A stretch of 64,000 bases of DNA from Octopus vulgaris (Eukaryota), in the NCBI GenBank assembly GCA_951406725.2, contig OX597838.1:36642001-36706000 (forward strand), in the 5' to 3' direction. The notes beneath the pieces are model-generated. The model did no database searches and was not told the origin of the DNA. It saw only the letters and a list, made by a program, of their open reading frames with translations. Positions 1 through 11,429 of this stretch are shown here, piece after piece. How positions within the stretch are numbered: the stretch's first letter is position 1; each line of letters opens with the position of its first letter. The translations under genes were made by a program, and so were the position numbers.

Positions 1-26
1 TTTTTGTACCAACATATATATCGATT

Positions 27-326
27 ATTGTGTCTGGGGAGTGCGTTATTATTTTACACACACACTGGTTCCATTTCCACTCATTTCTTTTTTTATTTTT
101 TCTTACACTTTCGTTGCATCTTGTAACCTTTTCAATAGTCGTTGCAACAAGTATTGAAAAGATTGCAAGAAGCAAAGAAAATTTTAGAAAACTAAATAAG
201 GAAATGAGTGGAAATTGAAACAGTGTGTGCGTTAAAAGAGAATGTGTGGGCACTAAAAGAGAATGACTCTCCCCAGACACAATAAAATATGCTTCAATAC
301 AGGAATTCACATAAAGAATCTTGAAA
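27..326. mobile_element. Foldback element (family H2) with degenerate hammerhead-like motif; probable Penelope-like pLTR remnant
   Basis: Imperfect inverted repeat centred near 140-150 (tattgtgtctggggag ... ctccccagacacaata; tttccactcatttc ... gaaatgagtggaaat). A second family member lies at 16131-16338. Confidence 0.6.
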
Positions 327-327
327 G

Positions 328-521
328 TGTGTATCGTTGGCGATTATTTTCCTCCGTCTTCCCTTCCTTGAATCTTTCCGTTTCTTATGTTTCTGACGAA
401 GAGCTCCGCTCGAAACATTAAATCCTCCTTCTTTCTTTCCTTTCTTGAGTGTCCAATAACACTATACTTGTTCCACGTCCTCACGTTGTTGTGTTTTCTC
501 TTTGTGTTTCCATGTTTGGAT

Positions 522-526
<5 letters not shown>
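328..526 (+). mobile_element. Short (TA)n-abutting element (family H1) with minimal hammerhead-like motif
   Basis: Closely similar copies at 20032-20238 and 26450-26655; all end in GGATTAACT followed by (TA)n. Confidence 0.75.
389..423 (+). ncRNA. Minimal type I hammerhead ribozyme-like motif
   Basis: GTTT-CTGACGA-A-GAGC(TCC)GCTC-GAAA-CA-TT-AAAT; the other copies read GAAA-CG-TT-AAAC, completing stem I GTTT/AAAC. Confidence 0.55.
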
Positions 527-567
<41 letters not shown>

Positions 568-577
568 TACACATATA

Positions 578-752
578 CATGAGGGGGGGGGGCGAAAGTT
601 CCTGGCTTTAAGAATATCATGAAAAGCCTTCTGAGTTCCTTTACAAGGCTTAGTAAAACTGAAGGACCACTGCAATAAGTGTGTGAATCTGAGAGGGGAA
701 TATATTGAATAAAACCATAATCAACTGATCCACCTGCATTTGCTTTTACAGG
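578..752 (+). mobile_element. Mariner-derived MITE, partial
   Basis: TIR-like GAGGGG..GAAAGTTCCTGGCTTT; encodes a mariner C-terminal remnant KLKDHCNKCVNLRGEYIE*; same family at 40243-40857 and 56840-57046. Confidence 0.7.
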
Positions 753-767
753 AAGCATAAAGCCTCA

Positions 768-945
768 AATTTAGGGGAAGGAATTAAGTCAGTTTCATTG
801 ATTCTAGTGCGTAACTGGTACTAATTTTATTGACCCAGAAAGGATGAAATGCAAAGTCGACCGTGGCAGAATTTGAACTCAGAATATAATGGCAGATAAA
901 ACACTGCTAATCATTTTGCCTGGCATGCTAACGATACTGCCAAAG
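768..945 (-). mobile_element. SINE family C
   Basis: Reverse complement of the GTCGACTTTGCCTTTCATCCTTTCGGGGTCGATAAATTAAGTACCAG domain, plus a tRNA-like head. Confidence 0.7.
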
Positions 946-1054
946 CTCTGTCATAATAACGATAATTATAATGATCTCCCAGTAGTATAATGTAAAGTGA
1001 AGATTGATGGTTAATTTTAGATTATGTGATTGTCCGATTATTTCCACGAGCACC

Positions 1055-1324
1055 CCAACCATCATCATCACCATCGTCAACTGTGGCAACACCATTCTGG
1101 TTATGTTTATGTTCATCGTCACCTACATGGTCATCATCAGTGGTTGTTCTACCAAAGAGTTGTATCACACACCATTGTCATCATCATTTTTGTCATCATC
1201 ATCATCATCGTCATCATCCCCATCATTGTCATCATCATCATCTTCATCATCATTGCCATCGTCCTCATCATTGTCATCATCATTGTCATCATCATCATCA
1301 TCATCATTGTCATCATCATTGTTG

Positions 1325-1360
<36 letters not shown>

Positions 1361-1400
1361 CCATAAATGTCATGGATCTCATCATCATCGTCATCATTCT
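1055..1400. repeat. (CAT)n compound microsatellite
   Basis: Direct read. Confidence 0.95.
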
Positions 1401-1656
1401 GTTTAGCATCACTAAATTTCGTAGTCATGTGGATTTGAGCTACATCTTGAGTGAATTTGTTTCACAGAAACTGTAGGGAATCCTTATATATATGTGTGTA
1501 TGTATGTATGTATGTATGTATGTATGTGTATACACACACAAATTCTTTTATTCTTTTACTTGTTTCAGTCACTTGTCTGTGGCCATGCTGGAGCACTGCC
1601 TTTAGTCGAGCAAATCGACTCCAGGACTTATTCTCACCGCTATCCCCACAAACGTG

Positions 1657-2296
1657 CCACCACCACCACCATTGTTGTCAGTCTTATTGTTATGGCCGAT
1701 GCCGTCATCAGCACTGTCACCACCACCACCACCACCAACATTGCTGCCACCATCATCATCATCATCTCAACACCACTATCACACCCACCAAAACTACCAC
1801 TAGTGCCACCACTACCAATACCACCACACCACCATCGTCACTGTGATCTCCATCATCATCAACATAACCACCATCATCAGCATCACCACAACCAACATCA
1901 TCTCCACCATAGTCATTGCAATCACCAATATCATCATCATCACCATCACCAACATCATCATTATCATCATCATTATCATCATCATCATCACTACAACCAC
2001 CACTACCATCAACGCCACCATCACTCTCACCAAAACTACCACTAGTGTCACCACTACCAACACTATCAGCATTGTCTTGATCTCTGTCATCATCATCATC
2101 AGCAGCAGCATAACTACCATCATCACCATCATCATCATCGCTGCCACCATCATCATCGTCATCACCACCACAATCATTGACATCATCGTCATCATCATCA
2201 TCATCACCAACGTCATCATTATCATCATTATCATCACTGCCACCATCATCATCACTGTCACCACCACCACAACCACCACCATCATCATCATCATCA
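1657..2296. repeat. (CAC/CAT)n degenerate trinucleotide region
   Basis: Direct read. Confidence 0.9.
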
Positions 2297-2952
2297 ATAG
2301 ATTTCCCACCCGAAAAAAAAAACTTAAAAAGGAAAAATAAAACCAAAAGTAAAAATTAAATAAATAAATAAATAAAATATTAAAGAACAACTAAAAAAAC
2401 CACAAACAAAACCAAACAAAACAGACAAAAACCGGCAGCAAGAAGAAATTTTCTCTAATTACATCTGTTTAATAAATGAATGTCTTGACGAGATAAGATA
2501 ATTGTTTTGTGTTTTTAATTGATGAATTGTGTTGGGTAATTTGTGTTCCCAATTTTGGTCTCTCTCTATCACATTTCTGTTCTTGTTGTTGTTGTTTTGT
2601 TATGGTTGTTGTTGTTGTTGTTGTCGTTGTCATTTTATTTATCTTTCCGTGTCTTGTTTCGAAAATGCTTTTCTTTTTTTTTTTTTCTTTTGTGTGTGTG
2701 TGTTTTTTTTTTTTGTGTTTGTTATTTTTCATTTTGTAAACTGTCTTAAGAAATAAAAGCCAGATAACAATGCAGTTCGTGTGTGTGTGTCTGTGTGTAT
2801 GCGTGTTTGTTTGCACATGCATACACGCACATATATATGCACATATACACATACATACGCATATATATCTATAAACACACACATATATACATACGAATGT
2901 ATGCGCCTACATTTGTGTATATGTATATACACACAGATATAACATATATATA

Positions 2953-3338
2953 GGTGCAGGAGTGGCTGTGTGGTAAGTAGCTTGTTTACCAACCACATGG
3001 TCCCAGGTTCAGTCCCGCTGCGTGGCACCTTGGGCAAGTGTCTTCTACTATAGCCTCGGGCCGACCAAAGCCTTGTGAGTGGATTTGGTAGACGGAAACT
3101 GAAAGAAGTATATGTATATATATGCGTGTGTGTGTTTGTGTGTCTGTGTTTGTCCCCCTAGCATTGCATGACAACCGATGCTGGTGTATTTATGTCCCCG
3201 TTACTTAGCGGTTCGGCAAAAGAGACTGATAGAATAAGTACTGGGATTACAAAAGAATAAGTCCCAGGGTCGAGTTGCTCGACTAAAGGCGGTGCTCCAG
3301 CATGGCCGCAGTCAAATGACTGAAACGAGTAAAAGAGT
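2953..3338 (+). mobile_element. SINE family A, near full length (tRNA-like head, internal TA/TG microsatellite, LINE-like tail)
   Basis: A-box-like TGGCTGTGTGG, B-box-like GGTTCAGTCC, CORE-like GGCACCTTGGGCAAGT, tail GGTGCTCCAGCATGGCCGCAGTCAAATGACTGAAAC; many copies in the window. Confidence 0.9.
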
Positions 3339-3365
3339 ATATATGTATATATTTAGACACATGCA

Positions 3366-3402
<37 letters not shown>

Positions 3403-3615
3403 ATGTAAAGATACAGTCAAGCATAGCGTTGATAAGAAATTAATTTTGTAGTCATGTGGATTTGGGTTACTGCTTGAGTGACATTGTTTCACAGAAACTG
3501 TAGGGAATCCTTATATATAATGAGTATGTATGTATGTGTATACACCATAAGTCCTGGAGTCGATTTGCTTGACTAAATGTGTGTGTATGTGTATACACAC
3601 AGACATACGCACACA

Positions 3616-3955
3616 TATTCTTTTATTCTTTTACTTGTTTCAGTCATTTGTCTGTGGCCATGCTGGAGCACTGCCTTTAGTCAAGCAAATCGACCCCAGG
3701 ACTTAAAAGAATATGTGTGTGTATGTGTATACACACATACATACACACACATATTCTTTTACTTGTTTCAGTCATTTGTCTGTGGCCTCGCTGGAGTACC
3801 GCATTTAGTCGAGCAAATCGATCCCAAGACTCATTCTTTGTAAGCCTAGTACTGATTCTTTCAGTCTCATTTGCCAAACAGCTAAGTTACAGGGATGTAA
3901 ACACACCAGCATCTGTTGTCAAGCGATGTTAGGGGACAAACACAGACACACAAAC
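3616..3955 (-). mobile_element. Two SINE A 3' fragments
   Basis: Reverse-complement tails CTTTTACTTGTTTCAGTCATTTG... Confidence 0.85.
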
Positions 3956-4023
3956 GTTTACATGCTTATACATGTATATATTTATATACATATATAAGCC
4001 ACTATTAATTCTGTTCTTGTTAA

Positions 4024-4244
4024 CCCTTTAGCATTTAAACCAGCCATATCCGGCCAAAAATATTCTACCTGTTTTATGTTCAAACTAGCCCTATCTGGTC
4101 TCTCACACCAACCCTACAATATTGTTTTAAAAATTAACAGCTACCTCATCAAAATCTCATGGCTACAAGATAATGAATGATTAGTTCAAAACAATGTGGA
4201 TGAAGAAGCATTAATTTTGGCAGAATAATGTGAACACTAAAGGG
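4024..4244. mobile_element. piggyBac-type MITE
   Basis: TTAA|CCCTTTAG ... CTAAAGGG|TTAA; a partial inverted copy lies at about 14905-15005. Confidence 0.8.
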
Positions 4245-4329
4245 TTAAAGAATACAAAATTTGTATTCTTCCAAAAGTATTGAATAATTCTTCAAATTTT
4301 GCAAAATTGTTTTTATAACATAAGCACAT

Positions 4330-4336
4330 ACATAAA

Positions 4337-4367
<31 letters not shown>

Positions 4368-4597
4368 CATATATAGGTATGTATGTAAGTATGTATATAT
4401 GCATTTGCATGTATGCATATATATGTGTATGAGTGTATATATATATGTATGTATGTAAGTGTATATATATATATATAAATGTATATATATACTTATATAT
4501 ATATATATGTAAGTATGTATATACATGTATGTATATATATATATATGTAAGTATGTATATACATGTATGTATGTATATATATATGTGTGTGTGTATG

Positions 4598-4654
<57 letters not shown>

Positions 4655-4680
4655 GTATGCATATATATACATACACACAC
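4330..4680. repeat. (TA)/(TATG) microsatellite field
   Basis: Direct read. Confidence 0.95.
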
Positions 4681-5007
4681 TTAAATAATGAGTTTGACAG
4701 ACGAACACATGGGAAAAACAGAAAAAGGACAGAAGAGACAAAGACAAGCTGAGCGCTTCATCAATTCTCATCTAAATATTTTGATGGTTTTTGACACTTC
4801 TTCCCAGTGATATTGTTCAATTTAGCAGCATCAGCAACATAGGCTGCTACAGAAGTATGAATGAATGAACAGAACAGATGAACAAAAACAGAAAAAACAA
4901 GATTCCTTCCCACTGCATGGCACTTTGGATCAGTGTCTTCTACTTTACTGCTGGGCTTACCAAAGACTTTTGAGTGGGTTTGGTTGCCAGAAACTGAAAG
5001 AAGCCAA

Positions 5008-5058
<51 letters not shown>

Positions 5059-5124
5059 AAGTTGTCTAAAAGTCCATAAGTTGGGGAAAAATGCATTTGT
5101 ATATAATTTTAATTAATTTTTAAT

Positions 5125-5521
5125 TTTTACTTGTTTCAGTCATTTGACTGTGGCCATGCTGGAGCACCGCCTTTAATCGAGCAACTCGACTCCGGGACTT
5201 ATTCTTTTGTAAGCCCAGTGCTTATTCTATCTGTCTCTTTTGCTGAACCGCTAAGTGACGGGAACATAAACACACCAGCATCGGTTGTCAAGCAATGCTA
5301 GGGGGACAAACACAGACACACAAACACACACACGCATATATATATATATATATATGTATACATATATACGACGGGCTTCTTTCAGTTTCTGTCTACCAAA
5401 TCTACTCACAAGTCTTTGGTCAGCCCGAGGCTATAGTAGAAGACACTTGCCCAAGGTGCCATGCAGTGAGACTGAACCCGGAACCATGTAGTTGGTAAGC
5501 AAGCTACTTACCACACAGCCA
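5125..5521 (-). mobile_element. SINE family A, full length
   Basis: Reverse complement of the 2953-3338 family. Confidence 0.9.
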
Positions 5522-5750
5522 CCTGTCAATAGAGTGGGTATATTAAACGGAGTCTACAGTATTATATATCCATTACGACTGATCTTACCAATTGGTTTTG
5601 TGCCATATTTTATTCCATATTTTCTACCTCTGATGAGTGCAGGTTTACATAATCAGATTGTTAGCTAAAACTCTGTTGAATCTCTAGTGCGAAACTGATT
5701 GGTAAGATCAGCCATAATGAATATATAATACTGAACACTTCAGATAATTT
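5522..5750. mobile_element. Foldback element with hammerhead-like core
   Basis: Inverted arms 5557-5599 and 5691-5733; TCTACCT-CTGATGA-GTGC...GTGC-GAAA-CTGA-TT-GGTAAGA. Confidence 0.6.
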
Positions 5751-5769
5751 ACATATATACATATATATA

Positions 5770-6170
5770 GGCGCAGGAATGGCTGTGTGGTAAGTAGCTT
5801 GCTAACCAACCACATGGTTCCAGGTTCAGTCCCACTGCGTGGCATCTTGGACAAGTGTCTTCTGCTATAGCCCCGGGTCGATCAATGCCTTGTGAGTGGA
5901 TTTGGTTGACGGAAACTGAAAGAAGCCTGTTGTATATATGTATATATATGTATGTGTGTGTGTTTGTGTGTCTGTGTTTGTCCCCCTAGCATTGCTTGAC
6001 AACCAACGCTGGTGTGTTTACTCCCCGTCACTTAGCGGTTTGGCAAAAGTGACCGATAGAATAAGTACTGGGCATACAAAGAATAAGTCCCGGAGTCGAT
6101 TTGCTCGACTAAAGGCGGTGCTCCAGCATGACCGCAGTCAAATGACTGAAACAAGTAAGAATAAAAGAAT
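5770..6170 (+). mobile_element. SINE family A, full length
   Basis: Family motifs from head to tail. Confidence 0.9.
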
Positions 6171-6842
6171 ATGTGTGTGTGTGTAAAAGACACTTGTCCA
6201 AGGCACCACACAGTGGAACTGAACCCAGAACCATTTGATTGGGAAGCAAACATCGTACCACATAGCCACAGCTAACCATATTTTGGAAGAAGTGCTGACT
6301 TAAGAAAATAAAACCTTCTAGGGTCAATTTGTTTTACTAAACCCTTCAAAGCAGTGCCCCAGCATGGCCGCAGTCAAATGACTAATACAAATAAAAGATG
6401 AAATTTTGATGGATTCATTTTTGCTGATGCAGAACTGCCCCATCACCAAGCTTGGATCCTGGAATTTACCATCTTCTTCCAGCATCTCACTATGACCGAA
6501 ATCTCGTGAGTGATTGTAGTCTTGCAAAATACTGACCTCAGCTTTGGAAACGCCTGGTGTGGAATTAACCATTTCAATGCCAACTTGCCTGAGACCACCT
6601 CCGGTGTCTCAGAGGTGCTCGGATCCAAATTGGAGCTCTCCATCATAATTTCATGATGTACGGGCATTTTTGTTTTCGATTTTTAGTTTTTCTTTTTTTT
6701 TGGTGGTGGTGGTCGTCGCTTTTTGAGTTTTGTTTTTGTATTTGTTTTTTTTTAAATTATTATTTTCGGAACATTTAGATGAATACTGAAAAAACAAATA
6801 AGGAAGTTGATTATTTTGCTAAATTCTTCCAAATCCATAATT

Positions 6843-7100
6843 CATCACCATCATCATCATCATCATCATCATCATCACCAACACCATTATCACAACATTG
6901 CCGTCACCTGCCTTCTTCCACCCCTACCATCTACACCTACAGCCTCATACAACTACCATTGTTGCTGCTGCTACTACCACTGCTATATACAACCACCATT
7001 ACTGCTGCTACAGTCACCACCACCACCATGATCATCATCACCACCACCATCATCACCACCATTATCATCACCATCATCATCACAAACATCACCACCATAA
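6843..7100. repeat. (CAT/CAC)n microsatellite
   Basis: Direct read. Confidence 0.9.
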
Positions 7101-7442
7101 TCATTTTTGAGCTTATGCCCCCCACTTCCCCACCTTCCCTGTGTATGAGATGGATGAGACTTAATGAAGCAGATTTTCTATGGCCTGATGCTCTCTTTGC
7201 CTGTTGCCAAACTTTTTTGGAGGTTTTTCCTTGTAAGGTAATATTTTTCCTTAAACGGTCCTTCCACCTGAACCTGCCAAAACCATTGAACTACAGCGAA
7301 GTAAACAAATATCCCAGCTGCTCAACTGGAAGCAAATATTCTCTCATCTCGTGCTGATGGTTCAAAAGAAGGATGCTATTCATGGTTACCAAAACCTCAA
7401 GGAAATGGAAAAAAAAACCCAACTTAACCTTATCTTATTTTG

Positions 7443-7550
7443 TACTATGGCCATATCCCGTTGAAAGCATATGATCATTGAAGTTAAGCAACGTCGAGCC
7501 TAGTTAGTACTTAGATGGGTGACTGCTTGGGAAACCTAGGTGCTGTAAGC
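7443..7550 (+). pseudogene. 5S rRNA pseudogene with an internal deletion of about 10 nt
   Basis: CTATGGCCATATCCCGTTGAAAGCA...GATCATTGAAGTTAAGCAACGTCGAGCCTAGTTAGTACTTAGATGGGTGACTGCTTGGGAAACCTAGGTGCTGTAAGC matches invertebrate 5S rRNA including A- and C-box regions. The CCGGTTCTCGTCC segment is missing and there is no oligo-T terminator. Confidence 0.85.
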
Positions 7551-7562
7551 GTCACACATTTA

Positions 7563-8209
7563 GGCGTAGGAGTGGCTGTGTGATAAGTAGCTTGCTTACC
7601 AGCCACATGGTTCTGGGTTCAGTCCCACTGTGTGGCACCTTGGGCAAATGTCTTCTACTACATTGTCGGGCTGACCAAAGCCTTGTGAGTGGATTTGGTA
7701 GGCAGAAACTGAAAAGAGCTCATCGTATATATGTATATAGGTGTATATCATCATCATCATCATCATCATTTAACGTCCGCTTTCCATGCTAGCATGGGTT
7801 GGACGGTTCAACTGGGGTCTGAGGAGCCCGAAGGCTGCACCAGGCCAGTTAGATCTGGCAGTGTTTCTACAGCTGGATGCCCTTCCTAACGCCAATCACT
7901 CCGAGAGTGTAGTGGGTGATTTTATGTGCCACCGACACAGTGCCAGATGAGGCTGGCAGACGGCCACGCTCAGATGGTGTTTTTATGTGCCACCGACACA
8001 GGTGCCAGATGAGGCTGGCGAACGGCCACGATCGGATGGTGTTTGTTACGTGCCCACAGCACGGAGGCCAGTTGATGCGGTACTGGCTACGGCCACGTTC
8101 GGATGGTTTTCTTGTATGCCACCGGCACTGGTACCACAAAGATACAAATTCCATTGATGTTCATCTATTTTGATTTGTTTTGATTTGATTTGATTTGATT
8201 TGATTTTGA

Positions 8210-8242
<33 letters not shown>

Positions 8243-8457
8243 ATATATGTTTGTGTGTCTGTTTGTCCTCCCAACATCACTTGGCAACCGATGCTGGTGT
8301 GTTTATGTCCCCATAACTTAGCAGTTCGGCAAAGAGACCAATAGAATAAGTACTAGGCTTACAAAGAATAAGTCCTGGGGTCGATTTGCTTGACTAAAGG
8401 TGGTGCTCCAGCATGGCCACAGTCAAATGACTGAAACAAGTAAAAGAGTAAAAGAGA
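7563..8457 (+). mobile_element. SINE family A split by a SINE B insertion in its internal microsatellite
   Basis: Head 7563-7740 and tail 8230-8457 flank SINE B. Confidence 0.8.
7748..8160 (-). mobile_element. SINE family B ((GAT)n tail, internal tandem GGTGCTTTTTACGTGCCAC units)
   Basis: (CAT)n-TTTAACGTCCGCTTTCCATGCTAGCATGGGTTGGACGG...GCTGGATGCCCTTCCTAACGCCAA; repeated many times in the window. Confidence 0.8.
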
Positions 8458-8721
8458 CTAGCTTAAAAGCAGACTTTTAGGCTCCTGAAGAGGACTAATT
8501 GATCTTTCAGCCCCAAACTAAAGAGCAGTAATAATAAAGCATTTATTGGAACCCTACTAATATGGTATTACTTTTGGAGCTCTTTTTGAGTTTTCAACTG
8601 TTAGCTTATAACAAATCCTCATCCTGACCTGACCCCAATGCTGGATGTTCAAGAACCAAATGAAGGACAGATTCTCAATCCTGGAATCGTCCTGATTCCA
8701 AAATGGTATAATATGTCTATA

Positions 8722-8885
8722 GGCGCAGGAGTGGCTGTGTGGTAAGTAGCTTGCTTACCAACCACATGGTTCCGGATTCAGTCTCACTGCGTGGCACCTT
8801 GGGCAAGATCTTCTACTATAGCCCCGGACCGACCAAAGCCTTGTGTGTGGATTTGGTAGACGGAAACTGATAGAAGCCCATCGTA

Positions 8886-8935
<50 letters not shown>

Positions 8936-9153
8936 TATATGTGCGTGTGTGTTTGTGAGTCTGTGTTTGTACCCCTAGTATTGCTTGACAACCGATGCTG
9001 GTGTGTTTATGTCCCCATAACTTAGCAGTTCGGCAAAAGAGACCGATAGAATAAGTACTGGGCTTACAAAGAATAAGTCCTGGGGTCGAGTTGCTCGAGT
9101 GAAGGTGGTGCTCCAGCATGGCCGCAATCAAATGACTGAAACAAGTAAAGAGT
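8722..9153 (+). mobile_element. SINE family A, full length
   Basis: Family motifs from head to tail. Confidence 0.9.
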
Positions 9154-9494
9154 AGTGCAAAATTTTGTGTTTATGATTACAGATTAAAAAAAAAGGAAGA
9201 ATTAAAAGATGTTTAAGTTAAGCGTTAAGTACACAAGATCTTAACAAATAAAAGATACGAAGATAAAGTTTGAAGGATTGACTTTTGCTGATGTGGAACA
9301 CCTCCTTTGTGGCTTGGATTCGGGAATTTACTATCTCCTTCTAGCATTTCAGTGTAACCAAAATCTCGTGAGTGATTTGCAATTTTGCAAAATACTGACC
9401 TCAACTTTGGAAATGGCTGGCTTGGAATTAACCCTTTCAATATCAACTTGTCTGAGACCACCTCTGATTTTCCTCCCCCTCCTCCTCCTCCTCC

Positions 9495-9554
<60 letters not shown>

Positions 9555-9594
9555 CCACCACCACCACCATCATCATCATCATTATTATTACTCT

Positions 9595-9994
9595 TACTCT
9601 TTTACTCTTTTACTTGTTTCAGTCATTTGACTGCTGCCATGCTGGAGCACCGCCTTTAATCGAGCAAATCGACCCCAGGACTTATTCTTTTGTAAGCCCA
9701 GTACTTATTTTATCGGACTCTTTTGCCGAACCGCTAAGTAACGGGGACATAAACACACCAGCATCGGTTGTCAAGCAATGCTAGGGGGACAAACACAGAC
9801 ACACATATATATATATATATATACATATATACGACAGGCTTCTTTCAGTTTCCGTCTACCAAATCCACTCACAAGGCTTTGGTCGGCCCGAGGCTATAGT
9901 AGAAGACACTTACCCAAGATGCCACGCAGTGGGACTGAACCCGGAACCATGTGGTTGGTAAACAAGCTACTTACCACACAGCCACTCCTGTGCC

Positions 9995-9996
<2 letters not shown>
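9595..9996 (-). mobile_element. SINE family A, full length
   Basis: Family motifs in reverse complement, flanked by (ATT)n. Confidence 0.9.
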
Positions 9997-10034
<38 letters not shown>

Positions 10035-10691
10035 TAATGTCTGCCTTCCATGCAGACATGGGTTGGACAGTTTGACAGAAGCTGGTCAGGCAGAACCCAG
10101 CACCAGACTTCTGTACCTGTTTTGACAGGGTTTTTACGGCTGGATGCCCTTCTTAAAACCAATCCAATTGCTTAGCAAATTTTACAAACATTGAACAAGA
10201 AGTGATCCAGACTGCTTTTAAATCATAAATAGGTCTGCTGGATTGAAGTTGCCTGGGGTTAAACAACATCTACTACCATCTACTCAATCATTCTCTCAAC
10301 CACACCTGAACCATCTGGATTTCACCTTTCATGAACATTCAAAATATTATAATATACCAAAGGCTTAATTAATCTTCTCTATTCCTTTGTCTGATGGATC
10401 ATTCTAAAACTCATAACGAGGATATTTTGTAATCTTACAATTAAAATTTCTGATGTTGTGATGCGTTAAACTTTGTGTCTACAATACAGCATTGAAATTA
10501 GATTAACTCAGTACTTATTTGTTCTGAGTAATTATCGTTAATCTAACACACTAATTATCTTCTATTTAACCTGGCAATTATTTATTATCCAACACAACAA
10601 TTAGCTTTTAATTGTTGTCTTTACGAAAAAGGAAAAATTAAAATCATCATCATCATCATCATCGCCACCATCTTCATATCGTCACTGCTTG

Positions 10692-11085
10692 ATATACATA
10701 TATATATGTATATATATGTATATTTGTGTGTTTGTATGTATAGGTATATTTATATATGTATATATAACTATATTTATATGCATATATGTATGTATAGGTA
10801 TATGTGTGTATATATGTATATGCATATTTATAAGTAAACATGTATATATATGTATAAGGTATATATATGTATGTATATGTATGTGTGTGAATATGTGTTT
10901 ACATGTATGTATGTATGAGTATATATATATATATATATACATGTATGTATGTATATGTATATATTTATGTATAAGTATGTATATATGTATATATATATAT
11001 ACATATATACATACATACATACACATATATAATGTATAGGTATGTGTCTATATATATATACATACACATATATAATGTATAGGTA

Positions 11086-11117
<32 letters not shown>

Positions 11118-11160
11118 CATACACATATATATGTATATATACAGACACATACATATGTAT
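10692..11160. repeat. (TA)/(TG) degenerate microsatellite field
   Basis: Direct read. Confidence 0.95.
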
Positions 11161-11429
11161 GGGGTACTTATGTGTCTGTATTTTATATGTATTCACATAA
11201 TATTTGAAAATGTTTCATATGTACTGTAGTACTGTCCACACAATCTCTTTCTTCCTCCCCCTTCATCTCTGCCCACCTCATTTCTGAGGTTTCGTTATCC
11301 CATAATATGCTGGCGAGCCCTTCATTTTATGTATTCTGACTGCATATTACAATTTTGGACCTACACACACACACATACACAGACAATGATGAGTTGGAGC
11401 ATCTGTTATCTATTGAAGTGAATATAGGA

